Notes: generated from the sequence alone by a model not told the origin. Shown: positions 15,840-25,553, counted from the stretch's first letter. The stretch: 64,000 bases of DNA from Allopontixanthobacter sp. (GCA_041552775.1 JBFEKH010000003.1:8820-72819); one strand, 5' to 3'. Made by a program: numbers and translations.

Positions 15840-18500
15840 ATGCAGACGGTCTACACCTTCGGCGGCACATCCGCGGCAGTCGATCCCCGCGCGAAAGACA
15901 AGACCATCACTGGCGGCAAGGGTTCGAACCTGGCCGAAATGGCCGAAATCGGCCTGCCGGTTCCCCCCGGCTTCACCATCACCACCGAAGAATGTGTGAA
16001 ATATCTGGCCGGCGGGGCGGATTTCTCCGCTGAACTGCGCTCAGACGTGGCCGAGGCGCTCAAATATATCGAAGCAACCGTTGGCAAGTCGTTCGGCAGC
16101 AAGGAAGATCCGCTGCTGGTGTCCGTCCGTTCCGGCGCGCGGGTTTCCATGCCCGGGATGATGGACACGGTGCTGAATTTGGGCCTGAATGACGAAACCG
16201 TCGCGGGCCTTGCGGCGACATCTGGCGACGAGCGTTTCGCCTGGGATTCCTACCGCCGGTTCATCCAGATGTATTCCGATGTAGTGCTCGGCGTGGATCA
16301 CGGGTTGTTCGAAGAAGCGCTGGAAATCGCCAAGGAAGACAAGGGCTTCTACGCCGATACCGAGATGGATGCTGACGACTGGAAGGTGCTGGTCGCGGAA
16401 TACAAGTCAATCGTCGAACAGGAGCGCGGGCAGCCATTCCCGCTCGATGTGCATGAACAATTGTGGGGCGCGATCGCTGCCGTGTTCGACAGCTGGGATG
16501 CGGACCGGGCGAAGGTCTATCGCCGCTTGAACGATATCCCGTCTGACTGGGGCACTGCGGTCAATGTGCAGGCAATGGTGTTCGGCAACATGGGCGATAC
16601 CAGCGCCACTGGCGTTGCCTTCACCCGCAACCCGTCGACCGGCGAGAAAGCCTATTACGGCGAATATCTGATCAATGCGCAGGGCGAAGATGTGGTCGCA
16701 GGCATCCGCACGCCGCAATACCTGACCAAGGACGCCCGCGAAGCTGCCGGCGCCAAACCGCTGAGCATGGAAGAAGCCATGCCCAAGGCCTATGCCGAGC
16801 TGGCCGAGGTATTCGACCTGCTGGAACGCCATTACCGCGACATGCAGGATATCGAATTCACCGTGCAGGAAGGCAAGCTGTGGATGCTGCAGACCCGCAG
16901 CGGCAAGCGGACTGCACGGGCAGCCTTGAAGATGGCGGTTGATATGGTCGGCGAAGGCCTGATCGACGAGCGCGAGGCCGTGCTGAGGATCGATCCGATG
17001 GCGCTCGATCAATTACTGCACCCGCGGCTCGACCCCGATGCACCGCGTACGGTGCTGACCACCGGACTGCCGGCATCGCCCGGCGCGGCCAGCGGCAAGA
17101 TCGTGCTCGATGCCGATACGGCGGAACAATATGCCGCGCGCGGAGAAAAGGTGATCCTGGTGCGGGTGGAAACTTCGCCGGAGGATATTCACGGCATGCA
17201 CGCCGCCCAGGGCATCCTGACCGCACGTGGCGGCATGACCAGCCACGCAGCGGTGGTAGCGCGCGGTATGGGGCGCCCCTGCGTCTCTGGCGCGTCCCAG
17301 GTCTCGATCGACATGTCCGCGCGCACCCTGCGCATTGGTGCCGCTGAAAAGCGCGAAGGCGATTTGATCACTCTCGACGGGGCGAAGGGCGAAGTGATGG
17401 ACGGGCTGGTGCCGACAATCGAACCCGAACTGGTCGGCGACTTCGGTACTTTGATGGTGTGGGCGGACAAGCACCGCCGGATGCGCGTGCGGACCAATGC
17501 GGAAACGCCCGACGATTGCCGCATGGCGCGGCAATTCGGCGCGGAAGGCATCGGGCTGTGCCGCACAGAACACATGTTCTTCGATGCACGGCGGATCAGC
17601 GCGGTGCGCCAGATGATCCTGGCGGAGGACGAAAAGGGCCGGCGCAAGGCGCTCGCCAAGCTCCTGCCTGAACAGCGTGATGATTTTCGCCAGATTTTCG
17701 AGGTCATGGTCGGGCTGCCATGCACCATCCGCCTGCTCGACCCGCCACTTCATGAATTCCTGCCTACCGCCGATGCGGACTTTGCTGATCTGGCCGACGA
17801 GACCGGGTTGGGGGTCGACCATCTGAAGCGTCGGGCAGCGGAATTGCACGAATTCAACCCGATGCTGGGCCACCGCGGCTGCCGGCTCGGCATTACCTAT
17901 CCCGAAATCTACGAGATGCAGGCGCGCGCGATATTCGAGGCGGCTTGCGAAGTTGCCGAGGCATCGGGCGAGGCTCCGGTACCGGAGATCATGGTGCCGC
18001 TGGTCGCAACACGGCGCGAGTTGGCGATCCTGAAAGTGCTGATCGACCGGGTAGCGCAGGAAGTCTTCACGGATAAGGGCCGTTCGATCGAATATCTGGT
18101 CGGCACGATGATCGAATTGCCGCGCGCAGCCCTGATGGCAGACGAAATTGCGCATGAGGCACTGTTCTTCTCGTTTGGAACCAATGATTTGACCCAGACA
18201 ACTCTGGGTGTTTCGCGTGATGATTCGGCGCGGTTCCTGGCCCCATATGTGGAAAAAGGCATCTTCGCGCGCGATCCTTTCGTCAGTCTCGATATCGAGG
18301 GTGTCGGGCAATTGGTCCGGTTGGCGGCGGAACGTGGGCGAGCGACCAAGCCCGACATCAAGCTAGGCATCTGCGGCGAACATGGCGGCGATCCGGCCAG
18401 TATCGAGTTCTGCGAGGAAGTCGGGCTGGATTACGTCAGCGCATCGCCATACCGGGTGCCGATTGCTCGGCTGGCGGCTGCCCAAGCTTCGTTACGCTAA
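15840..18500 (+). CDS. ppdK: pyruvate, phosphate dikinase
   Basis: 886 aa. The phospho-histidine region GGMTSHAAVVARG and the PEP-utilising C-terminal domain are present. Confidence 0.97.
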   Translation: MQTVYTFGGTSAAVDPRAKDKTITGGKGSNLAEMAEIGLPVPPGFTITTEECVKYLAGGADFSAELRSDVAEALKYIEATVGKSFGSKEDPLLVSVRSGARVSMPGMMDTVLNLGLNDETVAGLAATSGDERFAWDSYRRFIQMYSDVVLGVDHGLFEEALEIAKEDKGFYADTEMDADDWKVLVAEYKSIVEQERGQPFPLDVHEQLWGAIAAVFDSWDADRAKVYRRLNDIPSDWGTAVNVQAMVFGNMGDTSATGVAFTRNPSTGEKAYYGEYLINAQGEDVVAGIRTPQYLTKDAREAAGAKPLSMEEAMPKAYAELAEVFDLLERHYRDMQDIEFTVQEGKLWMLQTRSGKRTARAALKMAVDMVGEGLIDEREAVLRIDPMALDQLLHPRLDPDAPRTVLTTGLPASPGAASGKIVLDADTAEQYAARGEKVILVRVETSPEDIHGMHAAQGILTARGGMTSHAAVVARGMGRPCVSGASQVSIDMSARTLRIGAAEKREGDLITLDGAKGEVMDGLVPTIEPELVGDFGTLMVWADKHRRMRVRTNAETPDDCRMARQFGAEGIGLCRTEHMFFDARRISAVRQMILAEDEKGRRKALAKLLPEQRDDFRQIFEVMVGLPCTIRLLDPPLHEFLPTADADFADLADETGLGVDHLKRRAAELHEFNPMLGHRGCRLGITYPEIYEMQARAIFEAACEVAEASGEAPVPEIMVPLVATRRELAILKVLIDRVAQEVFTDKGRSIEYLVGTMIELPRAALMADEIAHEALFFSFGTNDLTQTTLGVSRDDSARFLAPYVEKGIFARDPFVSLDIEGVGQLVRLAAERGRATKPDIKLGICGEHGGDPASIEFCEEVGLDYVSASPYRVPIARLAAAQASLR

Positions 18501-19255
18501 GATTTCCAGCCGGTTAGGGTGAGTATCTCGAAACTTTCCGTGACCCGTCCCTGATCGTCGGCATGATCCATGAAGTTCCGCCGGGCGATCTCGAGAGCGG
18601 ACTTGGTCAAGGGCGGAGTGCGGGAGGATAGCACCGAGGTAAGCCCCTGGGCCCGGAGATCGGCGACCAGCTGCTCGAAACTGCGATAATTGACCTGAAT
18701 AGCCCGCGAATCAACGACTTGGCGGGCGAAGCCACTACGCTGCATCAACTCTGCCCCGGCCCGGTTATCGACCATTGGATGCATCCGCGCCGCCGGCCGG
18801 TCACCATCGGCAGCAAACATCGCCTGTCGCAGTATTGGCACGCTGCCGGCGGCAACAAAGCTCGCAATCATCAAACCGCCGGCGGCAAGCGCATTACGCA
18901 GGTGGATCAGCGCACCGGGCAGATCGTTGACGGTGTCGAGCGAGGACAGGGTGACGATCAGATCACAATGATCAAGGGGCAGGGGCTGCTCCTCGTCCAG
19001 CGAAAGCGGATCGGCGGGTATGATCTCCCGTCCCGGCGCGGCTAGAGCGGCGGCGAGGGCGGCGTGCCGGTCACCAATGATCAGGCAGCGTGCGGGCTCA
19101 GCTTGCATGAAACTCAAGCGGTCGGCGATATCCTCGACCATGTCATCCATGATAAACCGCGCGGCACCATGTTCCTGTGACAGGCGCAATGCGCGGCGGC
19201 GAAGCGCCACGCGGCGGGAGGCATCAAAAATACGGGGCGCGGTGCTGGGCGGCAT
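18497..19255 (-). CDS. SAM-dependent methyltransferase domain protein
   Basis: The ATG at 19255 (MPPSTAPRIFD..) was chosen inside a 419-aa ORF whose N-terminal part is Arg/Pro junk. The gene is convergent with ppdK and overlaps it by 4 nt. It is divergent from comF. Confidence 0.8.
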   Translation of the reverse strand: MPPSTAPRIFDASRRVALRRRALRLSQEHGAARFIMDDMVEDIADRLSFMQAEPARCLIIGDRHAALAAALAAPGREIIPADPLSLDEEQPLPLDHCDLIVTLSSLDTVNDLPGALIHLRNALAAGGLMIASFVAAGSVPILRQAMFAADGDRPAARMHPMVDNRAGAELMQRSGFARQVVDSRAIQVNYRSFEQLVADLRAQGLTSVLSSRTPPLTKSALEIARRNFMDHADDQGRVTESFEILTLTGWKS

Positions 19256-19340
19256 CGCAGCGCTTTGCCGTGCTTGCCAGCCCAGCGCAAGCACGGCAGG
19301 ACGGTCGCCATGTCCCTGGGATCGATCATCGCGGCAAATC

Positions 19341-20122
19341 TTGTGCAAAAGCACTGCGCCAATTGTCGATTTGATCTTTCCGCCCCGGTGTTCACTGTGC
19401 GGCGGCAGTATTGCCGGGCAGCAGGGTCTATGCGCACCGTGTTGGTCGGAATTGCAGATCCCGGGCGAACCCTGCTGTGCAGCGTGCCAGCGGCCATTTG
19501 GCGGCGGTTCAGCGGCAGAGGGGGCAATGTGCGCGCCTTGTCTGTCCGATCCGCCGCGGCATGACGGTATCGCCGCGGGTACGCTGTACAACGCGGCCTC
19601 GCGCAAACTGGTTCTGGCCCTCAAGCACGGCCGCCGGATTGCGATGGCGCCGATGCTGGCCCGGCTGATCGCCGCGCGGCTACCGCAATTGGACGGCGAA
19701 TGGCTGATCGTCCCGGTACCGCTCCACCGGTGGAGGCTATGGCAGCGGGGGTACAATCAGGCCGCATTGCTGGGAGGCGAATTGGCGAAGTTGACCGGGG
19801 CTACATTGCTGCTGGATGGGTTGGCCCGCAACAAGGCAACGCCTCACTTGGCGGGCTGGGTAGAAAGGCACGCGCCAGAGCGCTTTCAGGAGCGATTGCG
19901 ATTTCGGCTGGTCATACTCAGATAGTGAAAGGCGCAAATATCATTTTGGTCGACGATGTTCTTACCAGCGGCGCAACCAGCGATGCAGGCGTTAAGGCGT
20001 TGAAAAAGGCTGGTGCGTAAAAGGTAATCGTCGCCTGCTTTGCCCGCGTGATGGACGAAGCGCTGGATCTAAGTCCGAAAAACATAACGCCCGGGACCGA
20101 TACGGACCCGGGCGCCACGTGA
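19341..20122 (+). pseudogene. comF: ComF family (phosphoribosyltransferase-like) gene, disrupted by a 1-nt frameshift near 19843 and an in-frame TAA at 20018-20020
   Basis: Frame A reads ..FPPRCSLCGG..VPVPLHRWRLWQRGYNQAALL..RNKATP. Frame B continues with SLGGLGRKARARALSGAIAI..ILVDDVLTSGATSDAG..AGA, then TAA, then KVIVACFARV in the same frame. The start (TTG 19341) is uncertain. Confidence 0.7.
20075..20114 (-). terminator. strong rho-independent terminator on the minus strand
   Basis: On the minus strand the sequence is GGCGCCCGGGTCCG-TAT-CGGTCCCGGGCGTT followed by ATGTTTTTCGG. Confidence 0.55.
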
Positions 20123-20400
20123 CGATTAATGCTGGACCCGCCTTGCGGTTCGGTAACCATCCCCCCAGAGGATTACCCGGGTCCAATCCCTCATCGTTCG
20201 GAGGCGCCAACGCGTTAGCGGGCTGCATCTCCGTATTCCCCTGAACCTGGCGCTCTTGTGGCACCGACATTCGGTGGGTGGCTCTTTCGAACCACGACCG
20301 CTACATTCCACCAAGCCGGGTAACATCAAAGTGCCTTGTGCGTTTCGTTCGGATTTTGCGCACCGTCTGTTGTTATCCTGCAACATCGATATTTGACTTC
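20115..20400 (-). ncRNA. candidate unclassified structured RNA (class unknown; 5' end not defined)
   Basis: The gap contains no credible ORF, has many local and long-range helices, and ends at the minus-strand terminator. I found no clear promoter. Confidence 0.25.
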
Positions 20401-20435
20401 ATGACGCGGAAATCTGGCTGCGAGAAGGAACAGTT

Positions 20436-20819
20436 GTGACCAATGAAAATAGCGGAAGTGCCGATCGCGAAACAGGCAGCGCCTTCATGCCAAAGTTTGA
20501 TTCCAACGGTTTGTTGACCGCAGTTGTCGTCGATGCTGGCACGAAGGATATCCTGATGGTCGCCATGATGAACCAATTGGCGATCGACAAGACACGCGAA
20601 AGCGGGATTGCCCATTTCCATTCCCGGTCCCGCGGCACGTTGTGGATGAAGGGCGAGAGCTCGGGAAACATTCTCAAGGTGCGGCGGCTTCTGGTCGATT
20701 GCGATCAGGATTCGCTGGTTCTGGAATGCGAGCCAGCAGGGCCGATTTGTCACACCGGCTCGCGTTCCTGTTTCTTCAGGGCGCTGGAAAGCGGCGTATT
20801 GAAGCCCAAAACCAGTTGA
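20436..20819 (+). CDS. hisI: phosphoribosyl-AMP cyclohydrolase
   Basis: The matching segments are GLLTAVVVDAGTKDILMVAMMN, SRSRGTLWMKGESSGN, DCDQDSLVL and CHTGSRSCFF. The start is GTG 20436, or alternatively ATG 20487. Confidence 0.9.
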   Translation: MTNENSGSADRETGSAFMPKFDSNGLLTAVVVDAGTKDILMVAMMNQLAIDKTRESGIAHFHSRSRGTLWMKGESSGNILKVRRLLVDCDQDSLVLECEPAGPICHTGSRSCFFRALESGVLKPKTS

Positions 20820-20834
20820 CCTTTACGTAAAGGT
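20819..20834. promoter_or_regulatory. perfect 16-bp palindrome ACCTTTACGTAAAGGT, a candidate operator of the adjacent MerR-family regulator
   Basis: Read directly from the sequence. It lies 16 nt upstream of the MerR gene ATG, overlaps the hisI stop, and is preceded by TTGAC. Confidence 0.45.
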
Positions 20835-20850
20835 TATATAGGCAGGCTGC

Positions 20851-21333
20851 ATGTCAAACACAGCCCACGCCAAACCTTCTCAGACCACCGGTGATCATCC
20901 CGGCCATGCCCGCCATGCTGGCGCGCACTTGGAACGGCCCGACAAATTATCGCGCGAACAATTCAGCATTTCAGACCTGACGTCCGAATTCGACTGTACC
21001 GCCCGGGCCCTTCGTTTTTACGAAGATGAAGGGCTGGTTGCACCCGCCCGCATCGGTCTGACCAGAGTGTATTCGAAGCGTGATCGTGCGCGGCTGGCGT
21101 GGATCATGCGGGCGAAGAATGTCGGCTTCAGCCTGACTGAAATCCGAGAGATGATCGATCTTTATGATCTGGACGATGGCCGGGTTGAACAGCGCCGGGT
21201 CACCATCGACCGCTGCCGCAGACATGTGGCGAAATTGAAGGCGCAGCGCGACGACATCGATTCCTCGATCAGCGAATTGACCGACTTCATCAAACAAATC
21301 GAACGCCTTGATCTGGACAGCGCCGAAGGCTGA
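20851..21333 (+). CDS. MerR family transcriptional regulator (LiuR-like by context)
   Basis: The HTH region is FSISDLTSEFDCTARALRFYEDEGLVAP, followed by a coiled-coil dimerisation helix. The gene is directly upstream of an acyl-CoA dehydrogenase. Confidence 0.85.
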   Translation: MSNTAHAKPSQTTGDHPGHARHAGAHLERPDKLSREQFSISDLTSEFDCTARALRFYEDEGLVAPARIGLTRVYSKRDRARLAWIMRAKNVGFSLTEIREMIDLYDLDDGRVEQRRVTIDRCRRHVAKLKAQRDDIDSSISELTDFIKQIERLDLDSAEG

Positions 21334-21369
21334 TCCCCGAACTAAGATCCCTCCACAAAGGACTTTTAT

Positions 21370-23175
21370 ATGCCATCCTATACCGCCCCGACGCGTGACA
21401 CGCGCTTCGTCGTCAATGAATTGCTGGACCTTGCCAGCTACGGGAATCTGCCCGGCTTTGAAAATGCTTCGGCAGACATGATCGACACGGTTATTAACGA
21501 AGCCGGCAAGTTCTGTGCTGAGGTACTTCACCCTCTGAACCAGGTCGGCGACCGCGAAGGCTGCACGCGTCATGCCGACGGCAGCGTGACCACGCCAACT
21601 GGCTTCAAGGAAGCCTTTGCGCAATACCGCGAATCCGGCTGGGGCACGATTGCGCAGTCCGAACAATATGGCGGGCAGGGCATGCCGCACGTTCTCGGCT
21701 TCGTGGTCGAGGAATTCATGGCTACGTCGAACCAGGCATTCGCGATGTATCCCGGCCTGACGTCCGGTGCGATCTCCGCGATCACCGCCAAGGGATCGGA
21801 CGAACAGAAGGAAATGTACCTTCCCAAGATGATTTCAGGTGAATGGACCGGCACCATGAACCTGACAGAGCCGCATTGCGGCACCGATCTGGGCATGATC
21901 CGCACCAAGGCTGAACCGCAGGCGGACGGATCCTACGCGATCACCGGCACCAAGATCTTCATCTCGGCTGGCGAACACGACATGTCCGAAAATATCATTC
22001 ACCTGGTGCTGGCAAAGACGCCCGGTGCACCGGACAGCTCCAAGGGTATCTCCTTGTTCATCGTGCCGAAGTTCCTCGTGGATGCAGACGGCAATCCGGG
22101 TGAGCGCAACGGAGTGATGTGCGGTTCTATCGAAGAAAAGATGGGCATCCACGGCAACTCCACCTGCCTGATGAACTATGACGGTGCGACCGGCTGGATG
22201 GTTGGCGAAGAGAACAAGGGCCTCGCAGCCATGTTCATCATGATGAATGCGGCACGTCTTGGCGTCGGCATCCAGGGCCTCGCGCAAGCTGAAATCTCCT
22301 ACCAGAACGCAGTTACCTATGCGCTTGATCGCCGCCAGGGCCGCGCCCTGACCGGTCCGGCAGAACCGCAGGCGCTGGCTGATCCGATCTTCGTCCACCC
22401 GGACGTTCGCCGGATGCTGATGGATGCCAAGGCATTCACCGAAGGCATGCGCGCATTGGCGCTGTGGGGCGCTTTGCAGGTCGATCTCACGCACAAGGCG
22501 CAGACCGAGGCAGAGCGCGAAGAAGCAGACATGATCATCAGCCTGCTGACGCCTGTGATCAAGGGCTACGGCACAGACAAGGGCTATGACATCGCGAACA
22601 ACATGCAGCAGGTCTATGGCGGCCACGGCTACATTGCCGAATGGGGGATGGAGCAATTCGTCCGCGATTCGCGCATTGCCATGATCTACGAAGGCACCAA
22701 TGGCGTTCAGGCGATGGATCTGTGCGGCCGGAAGCTGGCCCACAAGGGCGGCGCGGCAATCCAGGCATTCTTCACGACAGTCGATGGTGAAATCGCCGAA
22801 GCGAAGAATGACGAGACGCTGAAACCCATTGCCGAAGCGCTCGACAACGCGCTGACCGACCAGAAGGCGGCCACGATGTGGTTCATGCAGCATGCCATGC
22901 AGAGCCCGAACGATCTGGGGGCCGGTGCGCATCATTACATGCACATCATGGGCATCGTATCGCTCGGCCTGATGTGGCTGCGCATGGCCAAGGTTGCCGC
23001 TGCCACGCTGGCCGCTGGAACCGACGACAAGGCGTTCTACGAAGCCAAGCTGACCACCGCCCGCTATTTCGCCGACCGCTTCATTCCGGATGCCGGTGCA
23101 CTGCGCCGCAAGATTGAGACCGGTGCGGATTCGATGATGGCATTGCAGGAAGATGACTTCGCCACTGCGGCCTGA
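21370..23175 (+). CDS. acyl-CoA dehydrogenase, long (about 600 aa) type
   Basis: 601 aa. ACAD N-terminal, middle and C-terminal domain motifs are present (LTEPHCGTDLG, YEGTNGVQAMDL), plus a C-terminal extension. Confidence 0.92.
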   Translation: MPSYTAPTRDTRFVVNELLDLASYGNLPGFENASADMIDTVINEAGKFCAEVLHPLNQVGDREGCTRHADGSVTTPTGFKEAFAQYRESGWGTIAQSEQYGGQGMPHVLGFVVEEFMATSNQAFAMYPGLTSGAISAITAKGSDEQKEMYLPKMISGEWTGTMNLTEPHCGTDLGMIRTKAEPQADGSYAITGTKIFISAGEHDMSENIIHLVLAKTPGAPDSSKGISLFIVPKFLVDADGNPGERNGVMCGSIEEKMGIHGNSTCLMNYDGATGWMVGEENKGLAAMFIMMNAARLGVGIQGLAQAEISYQNAVTYALDRRQGRALTGPAEPQALADPIFVHPDVRRMLMDAKAFTEGMRALALWGALQVDLTHKAQTEAEREEADMIISLLTPVIKGYGTDKGYDIANNMQQVYGGHGYIAEWGMEQFVRDSRIAMIYEGTNGVQAMDLCGRKLAHKGGAAIQAFFTTVDGEIAEAKNDETLKPIAEALDNALTDQKAATMWFMQHAMQSPNDLGAGAHHYMHIMGIVSLGLMWLRMAKVAAATLAAGTDDKAFYEAKLTTARYFADRFIPDAGALRRKIETGADSMMALQEDDFATAA

Positions 23176-23199
23176 TCATCGCAAATGCACAAACAGAAA

Positions 23200-23231
23200 G
23201 GGCGCCCGCTTGCGTGGGCGCCCCTTTTTTT
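23200..23231. terminator. rho-independent terminator between the convergent acd and cysK genes
   Basis: The sequence is GGGCGCCC-gcttgcgt-GGGCGCCC followed by CTTTTTTT, with an A-rich stretch on the other side. Confidence 0.7.
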
Positions 23232-23249
23232 GCCTGAGTTCTGCCGTGA

Positions 23250-24170
23250 CTATTCGGCCGGCAGGAAATCCGGGACCGACAGGTACCGTTCGCCGGTATC
23301 GTAGTTGAAACCCATGATACGAGTCCCGGGTGCCAGATCGGGCAGTTTTGCGGCAATCGCTGCCAGTGTTGCGCCGCTGGAAATCCCGACCAGCAGGCCC
23401 TCTTCGGCCGCGGAACGGCGCGCCATTTCCTTGGATTTCTCTGCATCGACCTGGATTGCGCCATCGATTGCCTTGGTATGCAGATTGCCCGGGATAAAGC
23501 CTGCTCCGATGCCTTGGATCGGATGCGGGCCAGGCTTGCCGCCCGCAATGACCGGCGAAAGCTCCGGCTCGACCGCGAAGGCCTTCATGTGCGGCCAGTG
23601 GCGCTTCAATTCCTCTGCGCAGCCGGTCAGGTGACCGCCGGTCCCGACACCTGTGATCATCACATCGATCGGTTCGTCAGCGAAATCGCGCAGGATTTCC
23701 TGGGATGTGGTTGCGACATGGACCGCGACATTGGCAGGATTGTCGAATTGTTGCGGCATCCATGCGCCCGGCGTCTGCTCGACCAATTCTTGCGCGCGCT
23801 CGATTGCGCCTTTCATGCCCTTGGCCTTGTCGGTCAGGTCGAATTTCGCGCCGTAGGCCAGCATCAGGCGCCGCCGTTCGATCGACATCGATTCCGGCAT
23901 CACCAGAAGCAGCGAGTAGCCTTTGACGGCGGCGACCATTGCAAGGCCAACCCCGGTGTTGCCGGATGTCGGCTCAATAATTGTGCCGCCGGGCTTCAAT
24001 TCACCCGATTGCTCCGCCGCTTCGATCATCGCGAGGGCGATACGGTCCTTGATCGAACCGCCCGGATTGGACCGTTCCGACTTGATCCAGACCTCATGAT
24101 CGGGAAACATCCGTGACAAGCGAATGTGCGGTGTATTGCCGATAGTGGCGAGAACAGATGCGGCTTTCAT
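23250..24170 (-). CDS. cysK: cysteine synthase A (O-acetylserine sulfhydrylase)
   Basis: 306 aa. Motifs [15 protein letters not shown] and GISSGA are present. Confidence 0.93.
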   Translation of the reverse strand: MKAASVLATIGNTPHIRLSRMFPDHEVWIKSERSNPGGSIKDRIALAMIEAAEQSGELKPGGTIIEPTSGNTGVGLAMVAAVKGYSLLLVMPESMSIERRRLMLAYGAKFDLTDKAKGMKGAIERAQELVEQTPGAWMPQQFDNPANVAVHVATTSQEILRDFADEPIDVMITGVGTGGHLTGCAEELKRHWPHMKAFAVEPELSPVIAGGKPGPHPIQGIGAGFIPGNLHTKAIDGAIQVDAEKSKEMARRSAAEEGLLVGISSGATLAAIAAKLPDLAPGTRIMGFNYDTGERYLSVPDFLPAE

Positions 24171-25474
24171 GATGTTTTCTCCGTTGGCATGTCCTGGGGC
24201 GGATGATCGTCCAGATATTTGGATGAGAACGTCTTTGCATTCCTGATTTCAGGAAACAGCCACGCCCACATTAGTGTAACGAATATCGCGCCCGCGCCGC
24301 CAAATACAACCGCCCCTGTTGCGCCAAGGATAGCAGCAGCCAGGCCCGACTGCATTTCGCCCAGCTCGTTCGACGCGGAAATAGCAAGTCCGGAAATTGA
24401 CGAGACACGCCCGCGCATGGAATCCGGTGTATTCAACTGGACCAGAGACGATCGGATGAACACCGACACCATGTCTGCCGCACCAAGCAACGCCAGAATT
24501 CCCATCGACAGGTAGAAATCTCGCGACAAGGCAAAGGCGATGGTCAGCGCGCCGAACACGCCAACAGACCACAGCATCTTGACCCCGACATTGTGCTCGA
24601 GCGGCCTGAAGGACAGCAGCAGCGCGACCACCGCAGCGCCTGCGGCAATCGCCCCGCGCATGAAGCCGAGGCCGTCTGCGCCCACATCCAGGATATCGCG
24701 GGCGTAAACCGGCAGCAGGGCTGTGGCCCCGGCCAGCAGGACCGCGAACAGGTCAAGCGTGATGCAGCCGAGCAGGAATCGCTCGCGCTTCACAAATTGA
24801 AATCCGAGCAGGATTTGCCGGATCGGATGAACCGGCGGACCTTCCTGTTTGGCGCGCATCGGCCGGATCGACATGATCAGCAGGCCCGACACGACTAGCA
24901 GGCCGGCAGACAGGAAATGCGGCAGGGAAGGGGACATCTCGAACAGCACGCCGCCAACCCCGGGCCCTACGACCGTGCCAACTTGCCAGGCAATGGAACC
25001 AAGCGCGATAGCGCGCGGCAACAGACGCGGCGGGACAATATTCGGTGCGATCGAGCTGAGCGCTGGGCCATTGAATACGCGCGCAGCCCCGTGGAGTGCG
25101 GCCAGTGTAAACAGGATCGGCAAGTTAAGCGCATCCTGATAAGTCAGGACAGCCAGGGTTACGGCGATGCACCCATCCACCAGGTTCGCGAGCAACACGA
25201 CCATGCGCCGGTCGAACCGGTCCGCGGCGATGCCCGCGACGGGCGTCAGCAGGAACAGGGGAATGAATTGCGCGAGGCCCAGGAGGCCCAGCTGGAATGC
25301 GGCCTCTGGCCGGTCCATCCCGTAATCGGCGCGCGCGATGTCATAGGTCTGGTAACCGATCAGCACGACCATCGAGATCGTCGCGAAAACGGCCATGAAA
25401 CGCGCCATCCAGTATCGCCGGTAATCAGCGATAGCTAAAGGGGTTGTGATCAGGTCGGGATTTACGTTGCTCAC
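24167..25474 (-). CDS. MFS transporter
   Basis: 435 aa with 12 predicted TM helices. The stop overlaps the cysK ATG (ATGA). The start codon is GTG. Confidence 0.85.
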   Translation of the reverse strand: MSNVNPDLITTPLAIADYRRYWMARFMAVFATISMVVLIGYQTYDIARADYGMDRPEAAFQLGLLGLAQFIPLFLLTPVAGIAADRFDRRMVVLLANLVDGCIAVTLAVLTYQDALNLPILFTLAALHGAARVFNGPALSSIAPNIVPPRLLPRAIALGSIAWQVGTVVGPGVGGVLFEMSPSLPHFLSAGLLVVSGLLIMSIRPMRAKQEGPPVHPIRQILLGFQFVKRERFLLGCITLDLFAVLLAGATALLPVYARDILDVGADGLGFMRGAIAAGAAVVALLLSFRPLEHNVGVKMLWSVGVFGALTIAFALSRDFYLSMGILALLGAADMVSVFIRSSLVQLNTPDSMRGRVSSISGLAISASNELGEMQSGLAAAILGATGAVVFGGAGAIFVTLMWAWLFPEIRNAKTFSSKYLDDHPPQDMPTEKTS

Positions 25475-25553
25475 CGCCGCGCCATGGCAGGCGCTGCAGG
25501 TAATTCCAAGCGATCAGTCACCGCTGCGCGGTGATGCTCCACGCTTTACGGGG

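Noticed and set aside
17013-18311. Long antisense ORFs opposite ppdK (432 aa). The same phenomenon occurs at 21835..22944 (acd), 61056..62078 (proS), 41687..42751 (xerC/hemW), 4521..5474 (ychF) and 63196..63942 (M28 peptidase).
   Set aside because: All are fully embedded opposite strongly supported genes and have low-complexity Arg/Gly/His-rich translations. Stop-codon depletion in the antisense frames of high-GC genes explains them.
18497-19756. Very long N-terminal extensions of the supplied ORFs. These are the 419-aa methyltransferase ORF, the 380-aa TraB ORF at 9729..10871, the 367-aa TraB ORF at 10634..11737, and the 616-aa MFS ORF at 57465..59315.
   Set aside because: The extensions translate to Arg/Pro/Gly-rich junk and overlap neighbouring genes. 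Internal ATGs that give signal peptides or family-typical N-termini were chosen instead.
20126-20386. An 86-aa Arg/Cys-rich minus-strand ORF filling the comF-hisI gap.
   Set aside because: It uses rare codons (AGA, AGG, CGA, ATA, CTA, TTA), has no SD and resembles no protein I recognise. I treat the region as non-coding RNA or spacer instead.
20121-20400. Attempts to assign the gap RNA to a known class. I considered the cobalamin, TPP and ZTP riboswitches, two-piece tmRNA, a tRNA-like T-arm (GTGG-TTCGAAAGAG-CCAC), 6S RNA and RNase P (ACCCGGCTT).
   Set aside because: Only short partial matches were found. There is no B12 box (GCCACTG), no CTGAGA..ACCTGA TPP core, no CGCCTGGGC ZTP pseudoknot and no tag-peptide ORF. 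The T-loop is 10 nt rather than 7, the fold is not rod-like as in 6S RNA, and the RNase P P4 sequence GAGGAAAGTCC is absent. The identity needs a covariance-model search.
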